Assembly: GCA_965198175.1 (NCBI GenBank)
Contig: OZ240245.1
Coordinates: forward strand, 736,001-800,000
DNA from: Candidatus Poribacteria bacterium
GTDB taxonomy: Bacteria; Poribacteria; WGA-4E; PCPOR2b
DNA length: 64,000 bases
Direction: 5' to 3'
The position numbers were made by a program, and so were the translations under genes. Positions 33,988 to 43,065 of this stretch are shown here, one piece after another. The number at the start of each line of letters is the position of its first letter. Position 1 is the first letter of the stretch. Below the pieces are notes generated by a model, which was not told the origin of the DNA, did no database searches, and saw only the letters and a program-made list of their open reading frames with translations.

Positions 33988-34149
33988 AATAACACTGGAA
34001 GTTCTAGCACCTTTAAAAATAAAAGAGCAAGAGATGGCATCCCATCTTTAGAAAATAAAGAAGATTATAACGGCGTGCTAATGAGCTTGTATCACCCTAG
34101 AGATTTACTTGTCTTGATTATCAAGGTACAGTGTCAGAGCTTAACACAC

Positions 34150-34237
34150 AAAAAAACAACCGCGATGTTTTTCCCTCTAAGGGGAAGGTTCCTCGCGGTC
34201 TAGCTTAATATTATCATATGCAGTTAGGATTATGCAA
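34150..34237 (-). promoter_or_regulatory. Putative rimP-nusA promoter with leader hairpin and U-tract (attenuator)
   Basis: Minus strand TTGCAT-16 nt-GATAAT (34237-34210), then hairpin ACCGCGA...TCGCGGT (34199-34159) and a T7 tract. Confidence 0.5.
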
Positions 34238-34386
34238 GTAAAAATTGATTCTCAATTGAACGCCCTAGACGAAAATTGCATTTGCAGAGTTCTGTCTAGC
34301 GGCTAGAACCACAGCATTACATGGATTATGGTGGTTTGTCGAATTAACTTCTGATTAAATTAAAGGAGGAGATTGTCTTGTCCTAT

Positions 34387-35124
34387 TTAAGCACCACGTA
34401 ATTCATACATCACGATTGCCACACTCACAATGCCTGCGGTTTCCGTTCGCAAGACATTGGGGCCAAGTGTAGCAGGAAGACATCCGCTTTGAATTGCAGT
34501 TTTAGTTTCGTCAGCCGAAAATCCCCCTTCTGGTCCAACAAAGAGCCCAATTGATTCTGCTCTTTTGTGGCGCTGTAATACCTCCTTGATTTCCCGTCCG
34601 TCTTCGTTTTCCCACAGCAGAACCGACAGGTCGAAATGAGTCGCTTGCTCAAAGCACCTTTCTATCTTCTGAGCGTTAAATAGTGTAGAAAATCGCGGAC
34701 GTCTACACTGTTTGGCAGCTTCATTCGCAATGCGCTGCCATCGCACTTGCAGTTTTTTTTGGGCTGCCTCTGTTCGCTTTGGAATCGAACGTTGACAAAT
34801 CATGGGTACAATCCGATTAACACCGATTTCGGTTGTTTTTTGTACAATCAGATCCATTTTGTCAAACTTAGGTAAGCCTTGGAAAAGTGTGATATGCGGC
34901 GGGGTGTTTGGATGAAACTGGTGTTGGATTATTGAAGCATACAAAGCGGGGACGTGGGTATCACGAAGGATAGCAGTGTAGCTGTTACCTTCTCCATCAA
35001 TGATGTGCACCGAATCGCCTGCTTTGAGACGGAGCACATTGAGCAGATGGTGACGCTCGGAGTCTCCGATGTGAATTGCATCCTTAGAAATCTGCGAGGG
35101 AGGAGCATAACAACTATGCATCAT
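34387..35124 (-). CDS. rsmE: 16S rRNA m3U1498 methyltransferase
   Basis: 'HLLNVLRL', 'QKTTEIGV', 'EAAKQC', 'VGPEGGF', 'LGPNVLRTETA'. Confidence 0.94.
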   Translation of the reverse strand: MMHSCYAPPSQISKDAIHIGDSERHHLLNVLRLKAGDSVHIIDGEGNSYTAILRDTHVPALYASIIQHQFHPNTPPHITLFQGLPKFDKMDLIVQKTTEIGVNRIVPMICQRSIPKRTEAAQKKLQVRWQRIANEAAKQCRRPRFSTLFNAQKIERCFEQATHFDLSVLLWENEDGREIKEVLQRHKRAESIGLFVGPEGGFSADETKTAIQSGCLPATLGPNVLRTETAGIVSVAIVMYELRGA

Positions 35125-35216
35125 AATTGAAAATTGAATATAAAAAGCTGTTGATTAAGTCATTCGCGTTAAATTCGATTAAAATTCCTTCTTTCATATT
35201 CCGTCCCAAACAGTTC

Positions 35217-35257
35217 TTGTAGGTTGGGTAGAGCCAAAGGCGAAACCCAACCTACAA
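35217..35257. repeat. GTAG-family REP-like palindrome
   Basis: Perfect 13-bp inverted repeat TTGTAGGTTGGGT...ACCCAACCTACAA; related arms at ~36698, 37391, 61053 and 61817. Confidence 0.75.
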
Positions 35258-35572
35258 TTGAGCGAAAAGCGAACGCGATAGTTTTCACTCTACAACACCA
35301 CGGCCAAACAGAACACATTTGCAATAGCTAAAAACGTTGGCTTCCGCTACCCCCGACAATGTCACGAACACATTCAACCGAACGAAACCCGTTCGTGAAC
35401 ATTCCGTGTTAAACCAACCCCGATTTACCCAACTTACAATAAGGCCAATGTCCCCTTTTTGTGTCCCCATCGCGAAGAATCGGCGCCGAAATGACATCCC
35501 GGTGAAACAATGAGACGGGGAAAAGGAGGTAGGTATGCGGAGCAGTGAATACAAGACGCTAATTCGGTGCAT

Positions 35573-36028
35573 CTACTTGCTTGCTTCTTCTTCATCGTTA
35601 ATCTCACACTTCTCCGAGTCTCGACGTCGAAAAAACGCCACATCCCCGTCACGCCACGCTTCGTAGTATTTTTTAAAGTATGTTGTACGTTTTTCCGCGT
35701 CCGCCTCCCAATCTATCTCATATTCAGGACAGTTAAGTTTTATAATCCTATCTAGTTCTCGCAGCCGATAATCGTCAAGTTCGACCAAACGATGCTCTTC
35801 CGGCGTTAACTCGTCTCCATGTGCACGACGCGCGAGCGCCATTTCTGTTGTTACCACTTGCCCTCGGTAATGCGCACAGTGTTTATACAAACCCTCTTTG
35901 TCGATATGCGGCGGAAGTTCTGGGAGCGTCGGCCGCGTTTTTAAAATCCTCGCTGTCTCATCATCAAGATTATCCTCTTTTATCTGTGCATACCGCCGTT
36001 TGTAGAACGCTGTCCGCTGCCTTTTCAT
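35573..36028 (-). CDS. Hypothetical protein (151 aa), translationally coupled to the upstream ORF
   Basis: 4-nt ATGA overlap with 36025..36456; charged helical composition; no motif recognised. Confidence 0.7.
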   Translation of the reverse strand: MKRQRTAFYKRRYAQIKEDNLDDETARILKTRPTLPELPPHIDKEGLYKHCAHYRGQVVTTEMALARRAHGDELTPEEHRLVELDDYRLRELDRIIKLNCPEYEIDWEADAEKRTTYFKKYYEAWRDGDVAFFRRRDSEKCEINDEEEASK

Positions 36029-36456
36029 CTTTCATCTCCTTCCAAAGCCCCGGTGAGTTCCATCATCCATAGCCGCGCCTCTTTGTATGTCGATACCAGT
36101 TGTCGTAATTCGCCAATATCCGTTTCGGCTTCCATAGCTTGAAGTTTATCCCGGCACAACGCCTGAACCCGCGACGCAATTTCCATGTCCGCTTCAATAA
36201 ATGCTTCGATTTCAGATGCGCGACGCGCAGTTAATGCTACTGCAGCCCGCCGTGCTACCTCTGCGTCAAATTCAGCAATGCGCTGTCCCCAATTATTCTG
36301 CGCCGACCACTTCTTAATCATCGAAACCGATCGTTTTTTTCCGGTTACCTCTAGGTTACCGAGCGCCTCCAATGACCGCCCTTCCCCCGCGTCCCGGTAC
36401 AATTCAAAATAGGTGTACGCCAGTACGGACTCCCCCGGCAATCGTCCATTTTCCAT
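36025..36456 (-). CDS. Phage-like HTH protein resembling terminase small-subunit-like proteins
   Basis: AGGAGG RBS. 'RLPGESVLAYTYFELYRDAGEGRSL...KKWSAQNNWGQRIAEFD' matches a pattern I recall from phage TerS-like proteins (PGESxxAyxaFxxYRdxGxxRSl...WSxxxxWxxR); not verified by search. Confidence 0.65.
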   Translation of the reverse strand: MENGRLPGESVLAYTYFELYRDAGEGRSLEALGNLEVTGKKRSVSMIKKWSAQNNWGQRIAEFDAEVARRAAVALTARRASEIEAFIEADMEIASRVQALCRDKLQAMEAETDIGELRQLVSTYKEARLWMMELTGALEGDER

Positions 36457-36485
36457 TGCTTTAACCTCCTCATTTTAACCTCAAT

Positions 36486-36524
36486 AAAAAAAGGGGAGAG
36501 ACACCTCGCGGATGTCTCTCCCCT
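36486..36524 (-). terminator. Intrinsic terminator in the 5' leader of the 36456 ORF (copy 1)
   Basis: GGGGAGAGACATCC-GCGA-GGTGTCTCTCCCC followed by T7 on the minus strand. Confidence 0.85.
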
Positions 36525-36546
36525 CGCAAACTAAAGTCGTTTAACT

Positions 36547-36575
36547 ATTATACCGAGCCCAATCACGAAAGTCAA
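36547..36575 (-). promoter_or_regulatory. Near-consensus sigma70 promoter (copy 1)
   Basis: TTGACT-17 nt-TATAAT on the minus strand. Confidence 0.8.
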
Positions 36576-37115
36576 TCAGAAAATTCTTCTAGGCTCTAAG
36601 TTATTGAAGATAATTTTCACAGACACCAAAACTACCACGAGAGAACGCTATCGCCATCACTATTCGTTCGGCCGATCGTTCCTTACTGGGCAGCTTAACC
36701 CAACCTATATTCCTTGAGATTGAAAATCCCTGATTTCCGAAACCTTTAGGGCAATGCTCCGCCCTTCAAGCAAGTATGAATTTTCACGGCGCCCATTGGC
36801 ATTTATGCGTTTGCACAGATCGACAATCCGTCCCAGACCGAATTCCCGCTCTTTTCGCGTCTCGATTGCGTTAACATTCTCTCCGATTTATTTACTGAGA
36901 AATACTGTGAAAGTCTTAAATCTCTCCTATAGCGACTGCGAAAATTTTAGCATATTAACCCGTTCAAGCGGCTTTAGTTCAGCGCAAGTTGTCGAAAAAT
37001 TCCCATACCGCTACAGCAAACGCATGGTTTTTCAAATGCTCGACGTGCTGCAAATGCTTCTGCAGGCCGATCGCCTCAAAGATATTACACCAACAATTTC
37101 TCGATTAGCGAGAGT

Positions 37116-37245
37116 GACAGATCTTTTTTTTGGTTACCTTTTGGTTACCTCGCGATTCCAATGAATGCCCATCACCAGCGGGTCGGTACATTTCACAAAA
37201 GGTAACCGGCAACACTTACTCACTCGGCAATCGACCATTTTCCAT
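37116..37245 (-). pseudogene. Decayed 5' paralogue of the 36025..36456 gene
   Basis: MENGRLPSE*VLPVTFCEMYRPAGDGHSLESRGNQKVT aligns gap-free to MENGRLPGESVLAYTYFELYRDAGEGRSLEALGNLEVT (24/38 identical); TAA at codon 10; frameshift in the A-run near 37124-37131. Confidence 0.85.
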
Positions 37246-37271
37246 TTCTTAACCCTCCTGATTTTAACCCG

Positions 37272-37306
37272 AAAAAAAAAGGAGCAACATCTCGCGATGC
37301 CGCTCC
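37272..37306 (-). terminator. Intrinsic terminator hairpin (copy 2)
   Basis: GGAGCGGCATC-GCGA-GATGTTGCTCC followed by T9 on the minus strand; could also terminate glmS transcripts. Confidence 0.85.
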
Positions 37307-37331
37307 CCTTGCTAATTTAAATTGTTCTCTT

Positions 37332-37360
37332 ATTGTTTCCAACCCAATGACGAATGTCAA
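37332..37360 (-). promoter_or_regulatory. sigma70-like promoter (copy 2, weaker -10)
   Basis: TTGACA-17 nt-AACAAT; spacer homologous to copy 1 (ttcgtcattgggttgga vs ttcgtgattgggctcgg). Confidence 0.55.
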
Positions 37361-37449
37361 ACTAAAAAGTCTTTTTGACGCCAAGTTCCTGTAGGTCGGG
37401 TCCGGATGAGATTGACCAAGTGAATTTTGTCATGTACGAGTTCAAATGC

Positions 37450-39273
37450 CTACTCAACGGTAACACTCTTTGCGAGGTTCCTCGGTTGATCGACATCGCA
37501 CCCTCGATGGACGGCACTATAGTAAGCAAGCAATTGAAGCGGAACTGCAACAAGCAAGGGTGAGAGTTCCTCTGCAATGTCTGGGACAAAGATAACTTCC
37601 TGAGCGTGTGCATGGATTTCCGTATTGCCTTCGCTAGCGATTACGATGGTGATTCCATCCCGAGCACGCACCTGCTGGATGGCGCTTATAATCTTCGAGT
37701 AGATGCTGCTATTGTTAGCGATGCACACGACCGGTACATTTTCGTCGATTAACGCAATTGGGCCATGTTTAATCTCACCCGCAGGATGGCCCACGGCATG
37801 AATATATGAGATTTCCTTGAGTTTGAGTGCTCCTTCCAAAGCATTGGGATAGTTGTAGCTTCGTCCAAGAAATATGAACGCTCCGGAGTCGCTGTATTTC
37901 TCTGCACACGCCTGAATTTGCTGCTGTTTAATGAATCGCTCCATCAGGGAGGGTATCTTTTGAAGGGCTTCTAGAAAACGTCGAATTTCTTCAAATTTAA
38001 GTATTTCCTTAATCTGCCCCATGTGCAGCGCTAGAAGTCCCAGGGTGGCAATCTGAGCGGTAAAAGCTTTGGTTGAAGCGACACCAATTTCCAATCCGGC
38101 GTGAATGTCTATCACTGCATCTGCTTCTCGAGCAATGGTGCTGTTAATCATGTTACAAATAGCTAATACCGGCATGAACTTGCTTTTTGCTTTGCGCAAC
38201 CCCTCCAACGTATCGGCGGTTTCACCGGATTGGGAGATAGCAATGACAAGCGTGTTGCCCTCCAGAATTGGATTTCGGTAGCGGAACTCAGAGGAGATGT
38301 CTACTTCTGTATGAATCCGTGCATACTGCTCCAGCAAATATTTGCCGATTAGGCCTGCATGCCATGATGTGCCGCACGCCTGAATAACAATGCGATTGAC
38401 TCGTGCCAGAAATGCGTCATTCAATCCCAACTCCCCGAAATTAATCTTCATTGTGTCGGTGACATATGCATTGTATAAACGACGCAGGACGTCAGGTTGT
38501 TCGTGAATCTCCTTGAGCATGAAGTTCGGATAGTCCCCTTTATCAACCATGTCGTCGCTCAAGTGAACTTGATGAATCTGCGGTTCAATTCGTTCACCTG
38601 AAAGCGTTCGAACCTCAATTTGCTTTCGTGTAAGCGCAGCAACCTGATTGTCTTCAAGATAAATGACGCGCTGGGTGTGAGGAAGTAATGCAAGCACATC
38701 CGAAGTAACGAAATTCTCATTCTTTCCCAGTCCAAGGATTAGCGGGTTATTTCGTCGAGCAGCTACAATGCAATCCGGAAACTGTTGGTGAATAAAAGCT
38801 ACGGCAAATGTTCCTTCCACGCGTTGAAGCGCCTTGCAAACGGCACCAACAAAGTCTCCATCCACGGTTTCCTCGAATAGGTGTGCGAGCACTTCTGTAT
38901 CCGTCTCCGATTCAAATACATGACCACGTGCTTGTAATTCCTGCCTGAGTTGAAGATAGTTTTCGATAATTCCGTTATGAACAACAGCTAACGTTTGTCG
39001 TTCGTCTACTTGCGGGTGAGCATTTCGTTCGTTTGGCTCACCATGTGTCGCCCACCGAGTGTGTCCAATACCGATGGTGCCGCGCATAGGCTTCTGTCGA
39101 AGACTCTCCTCCAGTACGCGTAACTTTCCAGCCCTTTTTCGGAGATTTAACTCACCGTCACTGATAACAGCAATACCCGCTGAGTCATATCCCCGATATT
39201 GAAGTCGTTCCAATCCCGTCCACAAGACAGAATCAGCATACTTATTGCCAATATATCCGACAATCCCACACAT
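37450..39273 (-). CDS. glmS: Glutamine--fructose-6-phosphate aminotransferase
   Basis: Start at MCGIVG (catalytic N-terminal Cys, ATG 39273), 'YRGYDSAG', 'GHTRWATHG', 'SQSGETAD', C-terminal 'PRNLAKSVTVE'. Confidence 0.97.
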   Translation of the reverse strand: MCGIVGYIGNKYADSVLWTGLERLQYRGYDSAGIAVISDGELNLRKRAGKLRVLEESLRQKPMRGTIGIGHTRWATHGEPNERNAHPQVDERQTLAVVHNGIIENYLQLRQELQARGHVFESETDTEVLAHLFEETVDGDFVGAVCKALQRVEGTFAVAFIHQQFPDCIVAARRNNPLILGLGKNENFVTSDVLALLPHTQRVIYLEDNQVAALTRKQIEVRTLSGERIEPQIHQVHLSDDMVDKGDYPNFMLKEIHEQPDVLRRLYNAYVTDTMKINFGELGLNDAFLARVNRIVIQACGTSWHAGLIGKYLLEQYARIHTEVDISSEFRYRNPILEGNTLVIAISQSGETADTLEGLRKAKSKFMPVLAICNMINSTIAREADAVIDIHAGLEIGVASTKAFTAQIATLGLLALHMGQIKEILKFEEIRRFLEALQKIPSLMERFIKQQQIQACAEKYSDSGAFIFLGRSYNYPNALEGALKLKEISYIHAVGHPAGEIKHGPIALIDENVPVVCIANNSSIYSKIISAIQQVRARDGITIVIASEGNTEIHAHAQEVIFVPDIAEELSPLLVAVPLQLLAYYSAVHRGCDVDQPRNLAKSVTVE

Positions 39274-39324
39274 CATCGGTGCTCCTGAATTTTGTATGAT
39301 ATAGGATTTTTTAAGCAATCCACA

Positions 39325-40023
39325 TTAGGCATCGGGCATAGACTTGATTACTTCATGATGAAAATATGTCCCTTGAACTGAAAGCACTGGATGCACTAAG
39401 CAGCCTTTTCCAAGGATCGTGCCTGGGTTTAGCACCGTATTACAACCTATCTGAGTATCGTCACCGGTGATGGCCCCAAGCTTCCGAAGTCCAGTGGTGT
39501 AGGTTTTGCCATCAAGGCTACGGACCATTATATCTGTATCTGTGATCTTGCTGTTTGCGAGCTTGACCCCAGCCCCCAGATTCACGTTAAAGCCGAGGAT
39601 TGAATCGCCGATGTAGTTCCAATGACCCGCCCTTACTCCATTCATAACAATCGAATGCTTGACTTCAGTCGCATTTCCAATAATGCAATCTTCCCCGATG
39701 ATTACATTTTCGCGGACATATGCACAATGTCGAATCACCGTCCTGTCACCAATAATTGCGGGTCCTTTGATATAGACATGGGGTTCTATAACAACATCTG
39801 CGCCCAATACAACATCAGGGCCCACAATAGCGCCTTGCGTAATTTCTACGTTCTTTTGATGACCCTGTCTGGATATATATGTCGCGATATAATCCTTCAA
39901 CAGGAGTAGCGCTTCCCATACGTAGCAGACATTTGCAAATAGTCCCTTGTGCTCGAAACATTCGTAATCAAAAAGCGCCTCCGGAAATATTACATCGAGT
40001 GTAGTGTTCCTCATCGTGTTCAT
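39325..40023 (-). CDS. GlmU-like left-handed beta-helix acyltransferase (no nucleotidyltransferase domain)
   Basis: Hexapeptide repeats, 'GNATEVKHS', 'HWNYIGDSILG', 'NLGAG', 'GLRKLGAITGD'. Start uncertain (40014-40080). Confidence 0.8.
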   Translation of the reverse strand: MNTMRNTTLDVIFPEALFDYECFEHKGLFANVCYVWEALLLLKDYIATYISRQGHQKNVEITQGAIVGPDVVLGADVVIEPHVYIKGPAIIGDRTVIRHCAYVRENVIIGEDCIIGNATEVKHSIVMNGVRAGHWNYIGDSILGFNVNLGAGVKLANSKITDTDIMVRSLDGKTYTTGLRKLGAITGDDTQIGCNTVLNPGTILGKGCLVHPVLSVQGTYFHHEVIKSMPDA

Positions 40024-40493
40024 CCTAAGATTAAGGTACCATTGAGTCGCAGAAATTAGGATTGATGAACATCCTGACAAATTTGTTTGATAGAATTCAA
40101 AAATTGGGGCTGATGCACAGGCAGCTAACAGGCTTGTGGGCTTATTGTATAAGATGTATCTTACATAACAGGGAGATGAGTATAAAAATTATAGCAGATG
40201 CACTGTCCAAAAAACTAGCGAGAAATGAATTCACCCGCATTCTTTAGACAGAAATGAAGGAGATTTAAGATAGAAAATCCGACCTGTTTAGTCAGAGTTC
40301 AACGCCTGAAATTATTGGTAAACATCTGGTATAGTACGAGATAGTTACTCGATTTGCTGGATGCAATCATCAAAATCGGGATTCTAGATGCCTGCGATGA
40401 GAATATTCATTGAGACCCAGCAACGCGAGCCAGTTATTTTCCTTGTTTTTTCGGTACTGCTGAGGTACAATTTAACTTACTGAAAGTTGTATC

Positions 40494-43040
40494 ATGCTCA
40501 GACAGGGTAAGTTCGTGTATTCAGCAGGAATTGTAGTCGCTTTATCAGTATTACTGTGCCTCCATCCAGTGACTGTGTCCAGCACCAATCAAGCAATTCA
40601 GGATGAACAGCACACGTTTTTTGAGGCGAAAATACGCCCTGTGTTGTTGAATACCTGTTTCAGCTGTCACGGCGGGGAGGAGGTCAACAACGGTCTGCGC
40701 GTAAATTCGCGGGAGGCGTTGCTCGAAGGTGGTATTAACGGTCCAGCAATTGTTCCTGGCCAGCCGGACGCAAGTTTGTTGCTTGAGGCGATTCGGTACG
40801 ATGGTACGGCTTATGTTCAAATGCCACCTGATGAGAAACTCCCAAATCACGTTGTGGCGGACTTCGAGGACTGGGTAAGAAGAGGCGCCCTGTGGCCGGC
40901 GGAGTCGGCATGGCAAGCAGAAGCGGCTGAACCGAGCGCGCCCCATTGGTCGTTTGTGTCGGTGAAACCGGTTGAACCGCCTGTCCCGTCTACTGCTTGG
41001 TCGGATCGCCCGATTGATCGATTCATCAGCGCGGGGTGGCGCGCACATGAATTATCTCCCAATCCCCCGGCGAACAAGCGTACACTTATCCGGCGCGTCT
41101 ACTTCGATCTCATCGGCTTGCCGCCTGCTCCCGAGGCTATCTCAGCGTTTGTGAATGATACATCGCCCGACGCCTTCAAAAATTGTGTGGAGAATCTGTT
41201 AGCGTCACCCCGCTATGGCGAACGCTGGGGGCGCCATTGGATGGATGTAGTGCGCTACGCTGACACCGCAGGTGACAACGCGGATTATCCGATACCAGAA
41301 ATTCACCACTACCGAGACTATATCATTGAGGCGTTCAATGCGGACAAGCCCTACAATCAGTTTGTTCAAGAGCAACTTGCCGGTGACATCCTCGCCAAGG
41401 AAGGTGCGCCAGAACGATTTGCCGAGCAGGTGATTGCCACGGGTTTCGTCGCCTTATCCCGCCGGTACGGCACCGGTCCCTACGAATTGCGTCACCTCAT
41501 AATTGAGGATACCATTGAGACGATGGGGCGTGCGTTCATGGGATTGACACTCCGGTGCGCCCGCTGTCACGACCACAAGTTCGACCCTGTTACTATGGAA
41601 GACTACTATGCGCTCTATGGCATTTTCGCTAGCACACAGTATCCCTATACCGGCTCGGAAATATTTCGGTTCGGGAGCGAACGGCGTATGAATTTCGTGC
41701 CGTTATTGCCGCCGGAGCAAGCTCATCCAAAAGTCGAATCACATCGAAAACAGCTTGCACAGATTCAGACCGAAATAGAACAACTCGAACGTGAAAGTTT
41801 GCTTGCGAAAAAACGTGATGAATTGAATCTCCTTGTCGAAAGCGTTGGCAAGGAGATTGCTGTACTGAAGGAGACCGGTCGGGATACTAAGGGGATCGAA
41901 TCGCAGAAACGGATGCTCACAGAGCGCCGTGACAGAGTTAAAGGACAAATTAACAAAAAGAAAGAGGAACTCAAACAACAACTCGCACGTTCGGACCTTC
42001 CTGGCGATTTGCCGCAAGCCTATGCGGTTCAGGATGGCCCCCCTGTAGATGTCCCCATTCAACTTCGGGGTGATCCGGGCGAGTCGGGTCCGGTGGCGAT
42101 GCGAAACACGCCCCGATTTCTTAGCGGCAACAAATCACTTGAAGTCCCCAACGGGCAGAGTGGCCGCTTGCAGTTGGCGGAGTGGCTGACCGACCGAGCG
42201 AACCCTTTGACAGCGCGTGTTATGGTCAATCGCATCTGGCAATATCACTTTGGGAAGGGAATTGTATCAACGCCGTCCAATTTCGGACGTAGTGGTGCCA
42301 TGCCAACGCACCCAAAACTGCTTGACTATCTAGCGGTGTGCTTCGTCGAAAGCGGCTGGTCGATTAAGGCGATGCATCGGTTGATTCTTTCATCGAAGAC
42401 ATATCAACTCGCGAGCGATTATAACGCCCAGAATGCCTCTATAGACCCAGCCAATACCTATTATTGGCGATTCGACCGCCGCCGCCTGGAAGCGGAAGCG
42501 ATTCGCGATGCGATGATGGCGACCAGTGGTCTGTTGAGGCTCAACCGACCAGGAGGACATCCATTTCCACCCGTAAGGACGTGGAGATGGACGCAGCATT
42601 TCCCGTTCAAGAAGAAGACCTATCCATCTAACCATCGCAGCGTTTATCTGATGACGCAGCGACTTCAACGTCACCCGTTCCTCGGTCTATTTGACGGACC
42701 AGACACAAACACGACAACTGGCAAGCGTATGCATTCTACAGTCCCGCAACAATCGCTGTTTTTGAGGAATCATCCGTGGGTGCAGGAACAGGCGGAGACT
42801 TTTGCCAACCGATTAATTGAATCTTCCAAAGACTTTGCTCAGCGTGTCAACCACGCACATCAATTCGCTTATGGCCGTGAAGCATACACTGACGAACAGC
42901 AACGGGCAGTCGCATATATAACACAGATGTCTGAAGAACTCGATGCGTACCACTTGTCGCCTGGACAACGCGAAATAGAAGCTTGGACCAGTTACGCACG
43001 AGCCGTATTGACAGCCAACGAATTTCTTTACATTGACTAA
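40494..43040 (+). CDS. Planctomycete cytochrome c / DUF1549 / DUF1553 (PSD1) protein
   Basis: Signal peptide; CxxCH motifs 'CFSCH' and 'CARCH'; 'RYGERWGRHWMDVVRYAD', 'NPLTARVMVNRIWQYHFG', 'RRLEAEAIRD'. Confidence 0.92.
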   Translation: MLRQGKFVYSAGIVVALSVLLCLHPVTVSSTNQAIQDEQHTFFEAKIRPVLLNTCFSCHGGEEVNNGLRVNSREALLEGGINGPAIVPGQPDASLLLEAIRYDGTAYVQMPPDEKLPNHVVADFEDWVRRGALWPAESAWQAEAAEPSAPHWSFVSVKPVEPPVPSTAWSDRPIDRFISAGWRAHELSPNPPANKRTLIRRVYFDLIGLPPAPEAISAFVNDTSPDAFKNCVENLLASPRYGERWGRHWMDVVRYADTAGDNADYPIPEIHHYRDYIIEAFNADKPYNQFVQEQLAGDILAKEGAPERFAEQVIATGFVALSRRYGTGPYELRHLIIEDTIETMGRAFMGLTLRCARCHDHKFDPVTMEDYYALYGIFASTQYPYTGSEIFRFGSERRMNFVPLLPPEQAHPKVESHRKQLAQIQTEIEQLERESLLAKKRDELNLLVESVGKEIAVLKETGRDTKGIESQKRMLTERRDRVKGQINKKKEELKQQLARSDLPGDLPQAYAVQDGPPVDVPIQLRGDPGESGPVAMRNTPRFLSGNKSLEVPNGQSGRLQLAEWLTDRANPLTARVMVNRIWQYHFGKGIVSTPSNFGRSGAMPTHPKLLDYLAVCFVESGWSIKAMHRLILSSKTYQLASDYNAQNASIDPANTYYWRFDRRRLEAEAIRDAMMATSGLLRLNRPGGHPFPPVRTWRWTQHFPFKKKTYPSNHRSVYLMTQRLQRHPFLGLFDGPDTNTTTGKRMHSTVPQQSLFLRNHPWVQEQAETFANRLIESSKDFAQRVNHAHQFAYGREAYTDEQQRAVAYITQMSEELDAYHLSPGQREIEAWTSYARAVLTANEFLYID

Positions 43041-43065
43041 TTTCAATCGACAAGCAGGTGCAACC

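Noticed and set aside
35285..35572. 95-aa ORF after the 151-aa ORF
   Set aside because: No RBS or recognisable motif and atypical composition; likely spurious, though not excluded.
36754..37164. 136-aa plus-strand ORF between the duplicated units
   Set aside because: Overlaps the minus-strand pseudogene, lacks an RBS and motifs; the interval remains unassigned.
37400..37449. Tn7 end at attTn7 downstream of glmS
   Set aside because: No TGT-starting end with TnsB-site repeats, no target duplication and no tns genes seen.
39274..39324. glmS ribozyme
   Set aside because: Only ~50 nt separate glmS from the upstream gene, too short for the ribozyme.
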